64,000 nucleotides of DNA from an uncultured SAR116 cluster alpha proteobacterium (GTDB taxonomy: Bacteria > Pseudomonadota > Alphaproteobacteria > Puniceispirillales > Puniceispirillaceae): positions 15,509-79,508 of the forward strand of contig CACNQE010000008.1 in NCBI GenBank assembly GCA_902622515.1, in the 5' to 3' direction. Below the pieces are notes generated by a model that saw only the letters and a program-made list of their open reading frames with translations, did no database searches and had not been told where the DNA came from. Numbering within the stretch: position 1 is the first letter of the stretch; every line of letters begins with the position of its first letter. A program made the position numbers and the translations under genes. Below, piece after piece: positions 8,835-19,397 of the stretch.

Positions 8835-10016
8835 ATGAAAAAAATTATTGGTGTTTCTGCTGCTATGTTAATGCTGGCCTCTCCAGTAATAGCAGAGGAC
8901 ATAAAAATTGGTATTTCTCTTGGTTTTACGGGACCTTTAGAATCACTTGCACCTGCAATGAATAATGGTGCGCAGATGGCTATTGCGGAGGTAGCTGAGA
9001 GTAAATCTTTACTTGGTGGTAGTAATGTTGTTGCTGTGACAGGCGACTCGACATGTGCAGATACTGCTGCTGCTGTTGCGACGGGAGAAAGATTAGTAAC
9101 TGCTGAAAACGTAAATGCAATTGTAGGAGCGATGTGCTCAGGAGCTACTCAGGCGGTATTAGAAGGCGTGGCAATGCCAAATGGTATAGTTATGATTTCT
9201 GGCTCAGCAACCGCTCCAGTTTTATCAACAGTAGAAGATAATGGCTTATTTTTTAGAACTGCTCCATCAGACGCGCGTTCAGCAGAAGTTCTAGCTGATA
9301 TCCTCAAGGAGGAGGGTTATAAGTCAATTGCTATAACTTACGTCAATAATGACTATGGTAAAGGATTGGGTAGTGCTATCGAGAGTAATTTTGTTGCTGG
9401 TGGTGGCTCTGTAACCATCAATGCTGGGCACGAAGAAAATAAAGGCGATTACAGTGCAGATGCAGCAGCTCTAGCACAAGCTGGGGGAGATATTCTTGTT
9501 GTTGCAGGTTATGCTGATGGAGGCGGTGGTACCATAATCCAAGAGTCATTGGATAGAGGTTCATTCGAAACGTTCTTTTTACCAGACGGAATGTATGCTG
9601 ATAGTTTAACCAAGACTTTCGGTTCACAGATTGATGGATCATTTGGAGCTTCTGCAGGAACAGATAGTCCAGGTGATGCAACCTTCAAAACGTTATTTGC
9701 GGATGCTGGACACGAGTATAATGTTTATGCAGGTGAATATTATGATGCTGCTGCACTTATAATGTTAGCGATGCAAGCTGCTGGGTCTTCTTCCTCATCA
9801 GACTTGAAAGATCATGTAATGGACGTTGCAAACGCTCCTGGCGAGAAGATTTATCCTGGAGAATTAGCGAAAGCGATGAAGATACTCGCTGGTGGAGGGC
9901 AAATTGATTATGTGGGAGCTTCTGCAGTTGAGCTAATTGGTCCGGGTGAGTCCGGTGGTTCTTATCTTCAGTATGAAGTTAAAAATGGAAAATTTGAGAC
10001 CGTCAAATACCGTTAA
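8835..10016 (+). CDS. Branched-chain amino acid-type (HAAT) ABC transporter substrate-binding protein
   Basis: Signal peptide, 'FFRTAPSD', 'YVNNDYGKG', 'YDAAAL', 'IDYVGAS'. RBS GGAG upstream. Heads a liv-type operon. Confidence 0.92.
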   Translation: MKKIIGVSAAMLMLASPVIAEDIKIGISLGFTGPLESLAPAMNNGAQMAIAEVAESKSLLGGSNVVAVTGDSTCADTAAAVATGERLVTAENVNAIVGAMCSGATQAVLEGVAMPNGIVMISGSATAPVLSTVEDNGLFFRTAPSDARSAEVLADILKEEGYKSIAITYVNNDYGKGLGSAIESNFVAGGGSVTINAGHEENKGDYSADAAALAQAGGDILVVAGYADGGGGTIIQESLDRGSFETFFLPDGMYADSLTKTFGSQIDGSFGASAGTDSPGDATFKTLFADAGHEYNVYAGEYYDAAALIMLAMQAAGSSSSSDLKDHVMDVANAPGEKIYPGELAKAMKILAGGGQIDYVGASAVELIGPGESGGSYLQYEVKNGKFETVKYR

Positions 10017-10030
10017 TTGATATATGCTAT

Positions 10031-10064
10031 AAACGACCCAGTAGCCACTGGGTCGTTTTTTTTT
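10031..10064 (+). terminator. Rho-independent terminator or stabilising hairpin after the SBP gene
   Basis: AAACGACCCAGT-agcc-ACTGGGTCGTTT perfect stem running into a T9 tract. Confidence 0.85.
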
Positions 10065-10109
10065 ACCGAAAAATTTCTCTAAATAATGCAGTAATCGTGT
10101 GATCATAAA

Positions 10110-10880
10110 ATGCTTACAATACAACATTTAGAAAAATGGTTTGGTGGAATTCACGCCGTGAATAATGTATCTCTTACTTTCGAGACAGGGAAAATTACTG
10201 GTCTGATTGGGCCAAATGGTGCTGGTAAAACTACTCTGTTTAACGTCATCGCGGGACTTCATTTCCCAACATCTGGTAACGTATTCCTCGAGAAAGAGGA
10301 AATCACAGGACTTCCTCCTCATCAATTATTTGCGAGAGGTGTGTTGCGCACATTTCAGGTTGCTCATGAATTTTCAACTTTGCCTGTTAGAGATAACCTT
10401 ATGATGGTTCCTTCACAACAAACAGGTGAGAGATTATTGAATGTCTGGCTAAATTCAAAAAAAATAAAACAGGAAGAAGAACAGTTAAAAGAAAAGGCAA
10501 ACGAGGTATTATCTTTTCTCAATTTGGAAATGCTTGCAGATGAGCCAGCAGGAAATTTGTCAGGTGGTCAGAAGAAACTGCTTGAACTTGGAAGATGTAT
10601 GATGGTTGATGCAAAGATAGTATTTTTAGATGAAGTTGGTGCTGGGGTGAATAGAACCCTTCTGAATCATCTTGGCGATGCAATAATTCGCCTTAATAGA
10701 GAGCGAGGATATACCTTTTGCATGATAGAGCACGATATGGAGTTTATTGGGAAATTATGTGACAGCGTAGTTGTGATGGCAGAAGGAAGCGTTTTGGTAG
10801 AAGATAGCATAAAAGCAATAAAAGAAAATCCAGATGTGATCGAAGCATATCTGGGCAGAGGGATGAAAAATAAATCATGA
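10110..10880 (+). CDS. livG: HAAT ABC transporter ATP-binding protein (LivG-like)
   Basis: GPNGAGKT, RTFQ, LSGGQKK, LDE, IEHDM, VIEAYLG. Confidence 0.9.
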   Translation: MLTIQHLEKWFGGIHAVNNVSLTFETGKITGLIGPNGAGKTTLFNVIAGLHFPTSGNVFLEKEEITGLPPHQLFARGVLRTFQVAHEFSTLPVRDNLMMVPSQQTGERLLNVWLNSKKIKQEEEQLKEKANEVLSFLNLEMLADEPAGNLSGGQKKLLELGRCMMVDAKIVFLDEVGAGVNRTLLNHLGDAIIRLNRERGYTFCMIEHDMEFIGKLCDSVVVMAEGSVLVEDSIKAIKENPDVIEAYLGRGMKNKS

Positions 10881-10914
10881 TTTCTGTCAATGTAATTTCA
10901 TTGGATAGTTTCAA

Positions 10915-11619
10915 ATGACCTTTTTTGAAGGGAAAAATATGTATGCGGGTTATGGTGCTACAATGATATTAAATGGATGTTCTATCTCAGTTGATAGAGG
11001 GAAGATTACTGTAATCGTTGGTCCCAACGGAGCAGGTAAATCCACAGCAATGAAAGCATTATTTGGCATGCTTCCTCTATCAAGAGGGTCTGTTACTTTT
11101 GACGGGAAAGATATAGTACATCTTCGTCCTGAACAACGAGTGATGTTGGGAATGGCCTATGTACCGCAAACTAGCAATGTATTTCCTTCTATGACGGTTT
11201 TAGAAAACTTAGAGATGGGCGGATTTATTCGTATAGACGATTTAAGCTCTACGATAGCTGAGATTTTTGACTTATTTCCAATTTTAAAAACCAAGCAGGG
11301 GCAAGCTGCTGGTGAGTTATCAGGGGGACAGAGGCAGCAAGTTGCTGTGGCGAGGGCTCTAATGACCCAGCCTAAGATTTTAATGCTAGATGAACCAACC
11401 GCGGGAGTATCACCTATTGTAATGGATGAATTATTTGACAGGATAATAGACATTGCGAAAATGGGTGTTGCCATAGTTATGGTCGAGCAAAATGCAAAAC
11501 AGGCATTGCAAATAGCAGATAGAGGATTTGTATTAGTTCAAGGTGAAAATAAGTTTACAGATACTGGTTCATCCCTTCTCGGTAATTCGGAAGTTAGAAA
11601 AGCTTTTTTGGGAGGCTGA
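10915..11619 (+). CDS. livF: HAAT ABC transporter ATP-binding protein (LivF-like)
   Basis: GPNGAGKS, LSGGQRQ, LDEPTAG, VEQNA, C-terminal FLGG. Confidence 0.9.
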   Translation: MTFFEGKNMYAGYGATMILNGCSISVDRGKITVIVGPNGAGKSTAMKALFGMLPLSRGSVTFDGKDIVHLRPEQRVMLGMAYVPQTSNVFPSMTVLENLEMGGFIRIDDLSSTIAEIFDLFPILKTKQGQAAGELSGGQRQQVAVARALMTQPKILMLDEPTAGVSPIVMDELFDRIIDIAKMGVAIVMVEQNAKQALQIADRGFVLVQGENKFTDTGSSLLGNSEVRKAFLGG

Positions 11620-11624
11620 TTGCA

Positions 11625-12638
11625 ATGATAGATTATATAAATGCAATTACGCTTCTTGCAAATTATATAATTGTTCCCTCCCTTGCTTATGGTAGCCAGT
11701 TAGCACTTGGTGCGCTTGGTATTACAATGGTGTATGCGGTCTTACGCTTCTCTAACTTTGCTCATGGCGAAATTATGTCCTTTGGCACGATGATTAGCAT
11801 TTTTATTATTTGGTTATTTCAGTCTATAGGCATTTCAATCAATCCGTTGCCAACGGCTCTTTTGGCGCTTCCATTTTCAATTACTGCAACTATAATTTTA
11901 TTATTAATTTTAGATAAAACAGTTTTTAGATATTATCAGCAACAGCGCGTACAGCCGGTTACCTTTATGATTGTATCGGTTGGGGTCATGTTTTTTCTTG
12001 CCGGGTTTATTCGGTTTTTAATAGGCACATCTAAGAAGAATTTTGATGATGGGGAACGATTCATCGTCAAGGCCTCTCAGTTTAAGCAAATGACAGGATT
12101 GGCTGAGGGATTATCTATCAGAACAACTCAAGCTATTACTGTTATTGTTACAATATTGCTTGTGATCTTTATTTTTTGGTTTTTGAATAAAACGAGGACA
12201 GGTAAATCAATGCGAGCTTTTTCAGATAATGAAGATCTAGCCTTGTTATCAGGAATAAATCCAGAGAGAGTGATCATAATTACCTGGATCTTAGTTGGTG
12301 TTCTGGCTTCTGTGGCAGGCACTTTATATGGGCTTGATAAAGGTTATAAGCCTTTTGTATACCTCCAACTTGTTTTACCAATATTTGCCGCTGCTATAGT
12401 TGGAGGTGTTGGAAACCCGATAGGAGCAGTTGCAGGAGGATATATAATAGCTTTCTCAGAGGCTTTCATAACCTTTGCATATAAACGTTTCCTAACTTAT
12501 CTTTTGCCTAAAGAATGGGCACCCGAAGGACTCGTTCAAATTTTATCAACAGAATATAAATTTGCTATATCGTTTGTTTTGCTTGTAATTGTTTTGCTAG
12601 TGAGACCTACCGGTTTATTCCGCGGAAAAACTCTATGA
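11625..12638 (+). CDS. livH: HAAT ABC transporter permease (LivH-like)
   Basis: NFAHGE, TRTGKSMRA...LALLSGINP, AAIVGGVG, LLVRPTGLF. Confidence 0.9.
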   Translation: MIDYINAITLLANYIIVPSLAYGSQLALGALGITMVYAVLRFSNFAHGEIMSFGTMISIFIIWLFQSIGISINPLPTALLALPFSITATIILLLILDKTVFRYYQQQRVQPVTFMIVSVGVMFFLAGFIRFLIGTSKKNFDDGERFIVKASQFKQMTGLAEGLSIRTTQAITVIVTILLVIFIFWFLNKTRTGKSMRAFSDNEDLALLSGINPERVIIITWILVGVLASVAGTLYGLDKGYKPFVYLQLVLPIFAAAIVGGVGNPIGAVAGGYIIAFSEAFITFAYKRFLTYLLPKEWAPEGLVQILSTEYKFAISFVLLVIVLLVRPTGLFRGKTL

Positions 12639-13978
12639 AGCTATGGAACCAAAAATCAAACAAAAAAGTGTTTTTATTATTTGCACTTATGAGTGGCGCA
12701 TTATTAATTGTAGGGTTCTTTCAAAGTTGGAATTTGATGCTCGCAATTTTAAACCTTTGTCTGATTTCGGCGGTTATGTCACTCGGTGTAAATCTACAGT
12801 GGGGATATGCAGGCCTGTTTAATGCCGGAATAATGGGATTTGCTGCCCTTGGAGGTCTAGCGGCTATGCTGGTTACTAAAGCGCCTGTAATAGGGGCTTG
12901 GCATGCGGGCGGTTTTGGTATTTTGTTAGGAATGTTTATCTTGGTAGTGAGCGCTATTCTGGCTTATTTTGTATGGGTTAGATTGGAGGGTAGGGGAAAA
13001 AAGCGATACTGGTATGTCATATTTATAGTAGTTATTGGGTATATTATTTCTCGTTTCGTATTAGGGCCTGCAATAATTAGCATTGAGTCTTTCGAACCAT
13101 CTTCATCTGGATATTTGGGAGGTGCGGGTCTTCCTGTTTTGCTTTCTTGGTTTGTTGGCGGATTATTAGCGGCTTTAGTCGCATTTTTTATAGGTAGAAT
13201 TACGTTAGGCTTGCGTTCAGACTATCTTGCTATTGCCACACTTGGCATCTCAGAAATAGTTATTTTTATATTTAAAAATGAGGACTGGTTAACTAGGGGA
13301 GTTAAAAATGTAACTGGTATTCCTCGCCCAGTTCCCTATGAGATTGAACTTCAGTCATCCATATGGTTTCAAAATCTATCAGAATATATTGGCATCGGCG
13401 TGATACAAGCCTCAAGTCTGTTCGTTAAATTATGTTATACATCTCTGTTTCTATCGGTTTTGCTTATTCTATTATGGCTTTGTGAAAAGGCGTTAAATTC
13501 GCCTTGGGGAAGAATGATGCGTGCAATTCGGGATAACGAAACAGCAGCAAGTGCGATGGGTAAAGATGTGACCTCGCGACATCTGCAGATTTTTGTTATC
13601 GGATCAGCTATTGTAGGAATTGCAGGCGCAATGCTTGTAACATTAGACGGCCAGTTCAACCCAACTATATATCACCCTTTGAGATTTACATTTTTAATAT
13701 GGGTGATGGTGATTGTTGGCGGTTCGGGGAATAATTTTGGAGCTATCTTAGGGGGCTTTGTCGTATGGTTCTTTTGGATAGAAGCTGAAATTATTGGTAA
13801 CGCGTTAGTGCAGATTTTAACTTTACCTTTATCTGATAGCTCCTCTCTTAAAGAACATTTTTTAAACACAGCACCTCAATTAAGGTTGTTAATTATGGGA
13901 TTAGTTTTATTGTTGTTTTTGAGATTTGCACCTCGCGGTGTAATTCCAGAAAAAACTCTTAGAAAACTCTCTGAGTAA
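12635..13978 (+). CDS. livM: HAAT ABC transporter permease (LivM-like)
   Basis: NLQWGYAGLFN, LRSDYLAIATLG, SPWGRMMRAIRDNE, MVIVGGSGN, PRG. Confidence 0.9.
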   Translation: MKLWNQKSNKKVFLLFALMSGALLIVGFFQSWNLMLAILNLCLISAVMSLGVNLQWGYAGLFNAGIMGFAALGGLAAMLVTKAPVIGAWHAGGFGILLGMFILVVSAILAYFVWVRLEGRGKKRYWYVIFIVVIGYIISRFVLGPAIISIESFEPSSSGYLGGAGLPVLLSWFVGGLLAALVAFFIGRITLGLRSDYLAIATLGISEIVIFIFKNEDWLTRGVKNVTGIPRPVPYEIELQSSIWFQNLSEYIGIGVIQASSLFVKLCYTSLFLSVLLILLWLCEKALNSPWGRMMRAIRDNETAASAMGKDVTSRHLQIFVIGSAIVGIAGAMLVTLDGQFNPTIYHPLRFTFLIWVMVIVGGSGNNFGAILGGFVVWFFWIEAEIIGNALVQILTLPLSDSSSLKEHFLNTAPQLRLLIMGLVLLLFLRFAPRGVIPEKTLRKLSE

Positions 13979-14074
13979 CCTAATTAAACATTGGTTCTTA
14001 ATTGCTTAAAAAACTCATTTATCCTATCCTGCAAAAAAATTAATAAAAAGCAATTCATATGGAATATATTCTAA

Positions 14075-15502
14075 ATGAACTTTGAGACAAGAAATCTGAA
14101 ATCTTGGAGAGCAACCAAAATTTTGGCAACATTAGGCTCTGCAAGTGAGAGTGAAGAGCAAATTACAAAATTGGTTCAAGCTGGCGTAAATATGGTCAGA
14201 ATGAACTTCAGCCATGGCACACGCGAGGAGCATCTCATGAGGATAACACGTGTGCGAGCTGTTGAGAAAAAACTCTCTAAACCAATTGGTATATTAGCAG
14301 ATTTGCAGGGGCCGAAATACCGGATTGGTATCGTTGAAGAGGACTTATTTTTGATTGAGGGAAATCTAGTACAATTTGACCTTGATGATAAGATCGGTAA
14401 TTCAGAACGATTACCACTTCCGCACCCTGAGATTTTTGAAGCCCTGTATCCAGGCGCAAGATTGCTAATGGATGACGGTAAACTTGAGTTAATTGTAAGG
14501 ACTATCTCCAATAACATATTTTCAGCAGAGGTCTTGATAGGAGGACCAGTCTTGAGTCGAAAAGGTGTGAATGTTCCTGATATTAAATTAAATACAAACG
14601 TCCTAACAGAGAAAGATTCAATCGATTTAGAATTTGCACTGGATAATGGTGCTGACTGGATAGCGTTATCCTTTGTTCAGTCAGTATCTGATGTTTTATT
14701 TGCTAAAGCGAGAATAGCGGGTAGAGCACAATTGATGGCTAAAATAGAAAAGCCAGCGGCTTTATTAGAAATTGAAGATATTATTAATGCTAGTGATGCA
14801 ATTATGATTGCAAGGGGTGATTTGGGGGTTGAGCTTGATGCTGCCGAGGTACCATCTGTTCAAAAAAGATTGATATATCAATGCCGAAAAGTGGGAAAAC
14901 CAGTTGTGGTTGCCACTCAAATGTTAGAATCTATGATAGCAAGTCCAACGCCTACAAGGGCAGAAGCAACGGATGTTGCTGGGGCAGTATTTGATGGGGC
15001 CGATACAGTAATGCTGTCTGCCGAAACAGCGATTGGTGAATATCCAGTAGAAGTAGTTGAAACAATGGCGAATATACTTATTTCAGCGGAAAACCACATA
15101 AACTATTTTTCTTTTGACGGCCCTGCTCCATTAGAAGTGGAGCCATCAATATATCATGCCGTAGCAAAGGCATCAGTTGCGCTTGCGCAAACAATTAAGG
15201 CCAAGGCTATCATAGCCTATACAGCATCAGGAAATACAGCTGTGAGAATTGCGAGAGAAAGGCCAGCAATAAGATTATTTGTTTCAACTCCTGAGCAAAC
15301 TGTTCAGAGAAGACTATCTATATTGTATGGAGCCACAACAATACGTCAGGCTGAAACAGATTACGAGAGAGCATTATCTATAACAAAAAAAATACTTATA
15401 AAAGAAAATGCTGTTGCTAAAAATGATGCGATAGTGGTGGTGGCAGGTTTCCCATTTGGTCTTGCGGGCAGTACTAACGCTATTCGTGTAGAGCATATCT
15501 AA
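14075..15502 (+). CDS. pyk: Pyruvate kinase
   Basis: TKILATLG, RMNFSHG, DLQGPK, AKIEK, MIARGDLGVE, ATQMLESM, PTRAE, VMLSAETA. Confidence 0.97.
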   Translation: MNFETRNLKSWRATKILATLGSASESEEQITKLVQAGVNMVRMNFSHGTREEHLMRITRVRAVEKKLSKPIGILADLQGPKYRIGIVEEDLFLIEGNLVQFDLDDKIGNSERLPLPHPEIFEALYPGARLLMDDGKLELIVRTISNNIFSAEVLIGGPVLSRKGVNVPDIKLNTNVLTEKDSIDLEFALDNGADWIALSFVQSVSDVLFAKARIAGRAQLMAKIEKPAALLEIEDIINASDAIMIARGDLGVELDAAEVPSVQKRLIYQCRKVGKPVVVATQMLESMIASPTPTRAEATDVAGAVFDGADTVMLSAETAIGEYPVEVVETMANILISAENHINYFSFDGPAPLEVEPSIYHAVAKASVALAQTIKAKAIIAYTASGNTAVRIARERPAIRLFVSTPEQTVQRRLSILYGATTIRQAETDYERALSITKKILIKENAVAKNDAIVVVAGFPFGLAGSTNAIRVEHI

Positions 15503-15514
15503 TTATAACTGTTT

Positions 15515-16114
15515 CTATGTGAGAACACCTTTTAATTCTTCTTCGAGCCTGATGATAGCTTTTTTTACATCTAATAAATGTGGGTTTATAGAAGCAGCGC
15601 TTTTATAAGCCTCAAGTGCTGCTTTATGATTTCCAAGGTGAACCTCAACCATACCAAGACCAGCTAAAGCGCCAAAATGATTACTTTCTAATGCTAATGT
15701 CTGAGCAATATCGATTTTTGATTTCTCAAATTCACCCATAAAGAATAAAACGGTTGCTCTTTTGTTCCAAGCCTCCGCAAATTTATTATCTTGGTCAATA
15801 ATATAGCTAAAAACTGCTTTTGCAGCCCTTAATTGACCAGACTGCATTAAATCTATACCCATCTGCATCTGTTTGCTTAGCGTATGGTCAGAGTCATGGG
15901 TGGTCCATATTTGCCATATCTTACTCGAAATAACTTCGCCATCTTCGAGCGATTTAGCTGTCTTAAGTTCTAAAAATAAGTTAGCTAATTCTGGATTTCG
16001 TTGATCCGCTAAAGCTGACCCAGAGCTAATGTAAAAACAAGCAACGATAAAAATACCAAATTGCCAGCATCGGCAAAAATGTCTTAATTGTTTTTGATAG
16101 AAAATAATTTTCAT
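15515..16114 (-). CDS. Exported tetratricopeptide repeat protein
   Basis: Signal-like segment, then 'ADQR...LF..LK', 'IW.IW', 'FAEAWNKRAT', 'HFGALAGLG'. ATG 16114 preferred over the ORF-track start. Confidence 0.8.
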   Translation of the reverse strand: MKIIFYQKQLRHFCRCWQFGIFIVACFYISSGSALADQRNPELANLFLELKTAKSLEDGEVISSKIWQIWTTHDSDHTLSKQMQMGIDLMQSGQLRAAKAVFSYIIDQDNKFAEAWNKRATVLFFMGEFEKSKIDIAQTLALESNHFGALAGLGMVEVHLGNHKAALEAYKSAASINPHLLDVKKAIIRLEEELKGVLT

Positions 16115-16212
16115 ATTACAAAAATGAGTAAAAATTTTAAAAAAGCAAGATGTAAAAGTTAACTTTATAAAAACAAATATTTTTGTAAAGTTATAATGTA
16201 ATCGTAAACTTA

Positions 16213-16614
16213 TCATCTTTTCCAAGGTAAGGAATGCGATTTCCATCCCTCAATTACTTTTGGATGTTCCTCCTGATATGAATGTCCCTCAAACCCTTCT
16301 GCTACGTTTGTTACGTCATTAAAACCAGCCTTTAACAAAATTTTACAAGCAGCTGCAGAGCGTGCACCAGACCTACAGATTAAATATAAAGGGGTTTCAT
16401 GAGAAGTATATTCCTCAACCTGCTCTATAAAGTCATGGTTTATTGATTGGTCTTGACGCAGAAGTTCAATTTTCAAAACAGATTTATTTATTGATGAGAG
16501 GTCAGGTACTCCGATATTTATCCATTCTTGTTCTGTGCGACAGTCAATTAATACAGCATCCTTAGTCTCTTTTAATTTCTTATAGGCTATGGGGGGCGTT
16601 ACCTCTTGAAACAT
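16213..16614 (-). CDS. Single-domain rhodanese (sulfurtransferase)
   Basis: LIDCRT-EW...GVPD, active-site CRSGARS, NVAEGFEG, GWK...LPW. RBS GGAGG. Confidence 0.92.
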   Translation of the reverse strand: MFQEVTPPIAYKKLKETKDAVLIDCRTEQEWINIGVPDLSSINKSVLKIELLRQDQSINHDFIEQVEEYTSHETPLYLICRSGARSAAACKILLKAGFNDVTNVAEGFEGHSYQEEHPKVIEGWKSHSLPWKR

Positions 16615-16740
16615 TTATAACCTCCATATTTTTTAAAAACTGTAAAAATAAAAGAATAAAAATAAATTATCTATTGCTCGCCTTACTAACTTGAAACTAT
16701 ATTTTTCAAAAGTAAAAAATATAATAAAGGAATATAACCC

Positions 16741-17739
16741 ATGTTTAAAGCAATTATCGTAAATAAAGCAGAGGATGACACGATATATGCAAATTTGTCT
16801 GATGTAAAAGATTCTCAACTTCCTGAGGAGGGGGATGTTACAATAGAAGTTCATTATTCTGATGTTAACTTCAAGGATGGTCTGTGTCTGAGCGGGAAGG
16901 GAAGATTAGTTCGTGAATATCCGCATATTCCTGGCATTGATTTTTCTGGAATAGTGCTAGAAAGCAAGGACGCTCGTTTTAAGCCTGGTGATAAAGTAAT
17001 TAATACTGGCTGGCGTGTTGGTGAAGTTTGGTTTGGTGGATATAGTCAGAAAGCAAAGGTAAAAGCAGACTGGTTAGTACCCTTGCCAGATTCGATGTCA
17101 TTAAAGAATTCTATGGCTATAGGTACTGCTGGACTTAGTGCGATGCTTGGTATTATTGAACTAGAGGATAATGGCATGAAACCAGACTCTGGTCCTGTTT
17201 TAGTTACAGGTGCAACAGGTGGTGTAGGCTCTATAGCGGTTGCAGTATTGGCTTTCCTTGGTTATGAAGTTGCATGTGTTACTGGGAATGTAAACAAAAA
17301 TACTCCATTTCTAAAAGATATAGGTGCAACCAAAATTATTGAGAGAAAATCCTTAGCAGAACCATCTAATAAGACATTGGAGTCTGCCGTTTGGGGCGGA
17401 TGCATCGACACAGTTGGTGGTATAATGCTTGCTCGTATTCTCTCTCAAATGAAACATGAAACAGCAGTTGCTGCAATTGGTAATGCAGGAGACTCTTCCC
17501 TTCCAGCTAGTGTAATTCCGTTTTTACTCAGAGGTATTAAATTGATAGGGATTGACTCTGCAAGCAAAGAAACGCCAAAGCGAATTCGGGCATGGGAGCG
17601 TTTATCCTCTGACTTGCCACCACATCTGCTTGATTTAATTTGCACAGAAATAAAATTATCAGAGGTTATTCAGGCGGGTAAAGACATTTTAGCTGGAAAC
17701 ACATTTGGGAGATTGGTCGTAAACGTTAAAGACGCTTGA
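16741..17739 (+). CDS. acuI: Acrylyl-CoA reductase AcuI/YhdH (MDR family)
   Basis: NFKDGL, PGIDFSG, GWRVGE, AIGTAG, VTGATGGVGS, PFLLRGI-LIGIDS, GRLVV. Confidence 0.85.
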   Translation: MFKAIIVNKAEDDTIYANLSDVKDSQLPEEGDVTIEVHYSDVNFKDGLCLSGKGRLVREYPHIPGIDFSGIVLESKDARFKPGDKVINTGWRVGEVWFGGYSQKAKVKADWLVPLPDSMSLKNSMAIGTAGLSAMLGIIELEDNGMKPDSGPVLVTGATGGVGSIAVAVLAFLGYEVACVTGNVNKNTPFLKDIGATKIIERKSLAEPSNKTLESAVWGGCIDTVGGIMLARILSQMKHETAVAAIGNAGDSSLPASVIPFLLRGIKLIGIDSASKETPKRIRAWERLSSDLPPHLLDLICTEIKLSEVIQAGKDILAGNTFGRLVVNVKDA

Positions 17740-17779
17740 TGGAGAGTGCCAAAACCAAAATTTAGCTTTATCCCTAAGA

Positions 17780-18322
17780 TTAGGTTTTTTTTACGATTGC
17801 AATATGTTGAAGGTTTCGACCTTGTTGCGCATAATCAATACCATATCCAATGACAAATTCATCTGGGATATCAAATCCGACCCAGTCAACATCTACCTTA
17901 ACTTCTCTTCGAGATGGTTTGTTGAGTAGAGTGCAAATTCGAAGAGACTTTGGTTTTCTTGTTTCGAGCAGACTTACAACTTGTGATAATGTGTGTCCTG
18001 TATCGATTATGTCCTCGATTATAAGTATATCTCTGTTTTTCAAATCTGTTTCAACGTCTTTTATAATTCGTAATTGTCCTGAAGACTTCATTTTATTACC
18101 ATAACTTGAAACTGTCATGAAATCTACCTCAACTGGCAAATCCAGACAACGCACTAAATCAGCAATAAAAACAAAGGAACCTCGCAGAAGACCTATAACA
18201 ACGAGTTGGTCTGTTTGCTCATAGGCTTTGCTGATTTGTTCTGATAATGTGTTAATTCGTGAAGCTATTTCTGCTTCCGTAATTAGAATTTCAAGTTTTT
18301 CGCCTGTTACAAGTACCGCCAT
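17780..18322 (-). CDS. hpt: Hypoxanthine phosphoribosyltransferase
   Basis: LLRGSFVF-ADL, VSSYG, IIEDIIDTG, LLNKP, FVIGYGIDY. Confidence 0.95.
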   Translation of the reverse strand: MAVLVTGEKLEILITEAEIASRINTLSEQISKAYEQTDQLVVIGLLRGSFVFIADLVRCLDLPVEVDFMTVSSYGNKMKSSGQLRIIKDVETDLKNRDILIIEDIIDTGHTLSQVVSLLETRKPKSLRICTLLNKPSRREVKVDVDWVGFDIPDEFVIGYGIDYAQQGRNLQHIAIVKKT

Positions 18323-18520
18323 TATTTCTCACTTATTTTTTAATTTCACGAGCATGAATATGCTAGCTTGTTTTAAATACAAAAACTAGTAAGAACAGAG
18401 ACATATTAACAGAACAATGTTAAAATTTTTGGTATTAAAAATTATCCAATCGACATGAATCATTTATGAGCAATTAATTCAATTATTAAATATTAGCAAA
18501 TTTCTTGTTAAAGGAGTAAA

Positions 18521-19366
18521 ATGCTCGATTTATTTTTAAGTGATATGTTTGGTATTGCTTTCATTTTATTGCTTACAGGCATTTTTGCCGGCTTTGTTGC
18601 TGGTCTTTTAGGTGTTGGCGGTGGAATTATTATGGTTCCAATGGTTGCATATATTCTAACGCAAACTCAGACAGGGATATTAACAGCGATGCATTCAGCT
18701 ATCGGCACATCGTTAGCTGTAATTATACCTACATCTTTTTTATCGGCAAAAACACATATGGCTCTTGGAAATGTAGATTTTTTTGTCGTTCGAAAGTTTG
18801 CCTTATACGTATTCATCGGTGCGTGTGGAGGCGCAATGGTTGCACGTTTGTTGGATAATTCTTCCTTAAAAATTCTTTTTGGTTCCTTGTGTATCATTTT
18901 TGGATTTATATTTCTTTTAAAAAACATTGTATTAAGAAAAGGTCTACCTAATATTTTATTTAGAGCGGTGATTGGTGGAACAGTTGGTCTATTATCTTCA
19001 TTAGTTGGTATTGGAGGAGGTTCACTAATGGTACCTTCACTAACTTCTTTTGGATGGAAAATGCACAGAGCTGTTGGGACATCAGCTCTTATCGGATTAG
19101 TGATTGCTATTCCTGGCATGACAAGTTTTGTTTTAATGGGCATGGAAGTGCCCGGAAGACCAACCTACTCTTTTGGCTATGTCTGGCTCCCAGGAGTATT
19201 GTGTCTTACAACCACATCTTTTTTTATGGTGATAATTGGTGCAAAAACAGCTGATAGGATTAATCGTGATAAGCTTCGTAAGATATTTGGTATAGTGCTA
19301 TCAATAGTCGGTTTAAGACTTGCCTATTCAGGTTTTATAGCAGGCGGATTTGGATTTTTAGCATAA
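18521..19366 (+). CDS. TauE/SafE (TSUP) family permease
   Basis: AGLLGVGGG and SLVGIGGG repeats, AIGTSL/AVGTS. RBS AAGGAG. Confidence 0.9.
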   Translation: MLDLFLSDMFGIAFILLLTGIFAGFVAGLLGVGGGIIMVPMVAYILTQTQTGILTAMHSAIGTSLAVIIPTSFLSAKTHMALGNVDFFVVRKFALYVFIGACGGAMVARLLDNSSLKILFGSLCIIFGFIFLLKNIVLRKGLPNILFRAVIGGTVGLLSSLVGIGGGSLMVPSLTSFGWKMHRAVGTSALIGLVIAIPGMTSFVLMGMEVPGRPTYSFGYVWLPGVLCLTTTSFFMVIIGAKTADRINRDKLRKIFGIVLSIVGLRLAYSGFIAGGFGFLA

Positions 19367-19397
19367 TGAAGAGCAATACCAACTCAGTAATATATTT

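Noticed and set aside
8705..8902. Short ORFs 8705-8902 and 16633-16854 in promoter regions
   Set aside because: They overlap real gene starts in antisense and encode low-complexity products from AT-rich DNA.
16115..16246. N-terminal extension of the TPR protein overlapping the rhodanese gene
   Set aside because: AT-rich intergenic-like sequence. ATG 16114 places the signal-like segment near the N-terminus.
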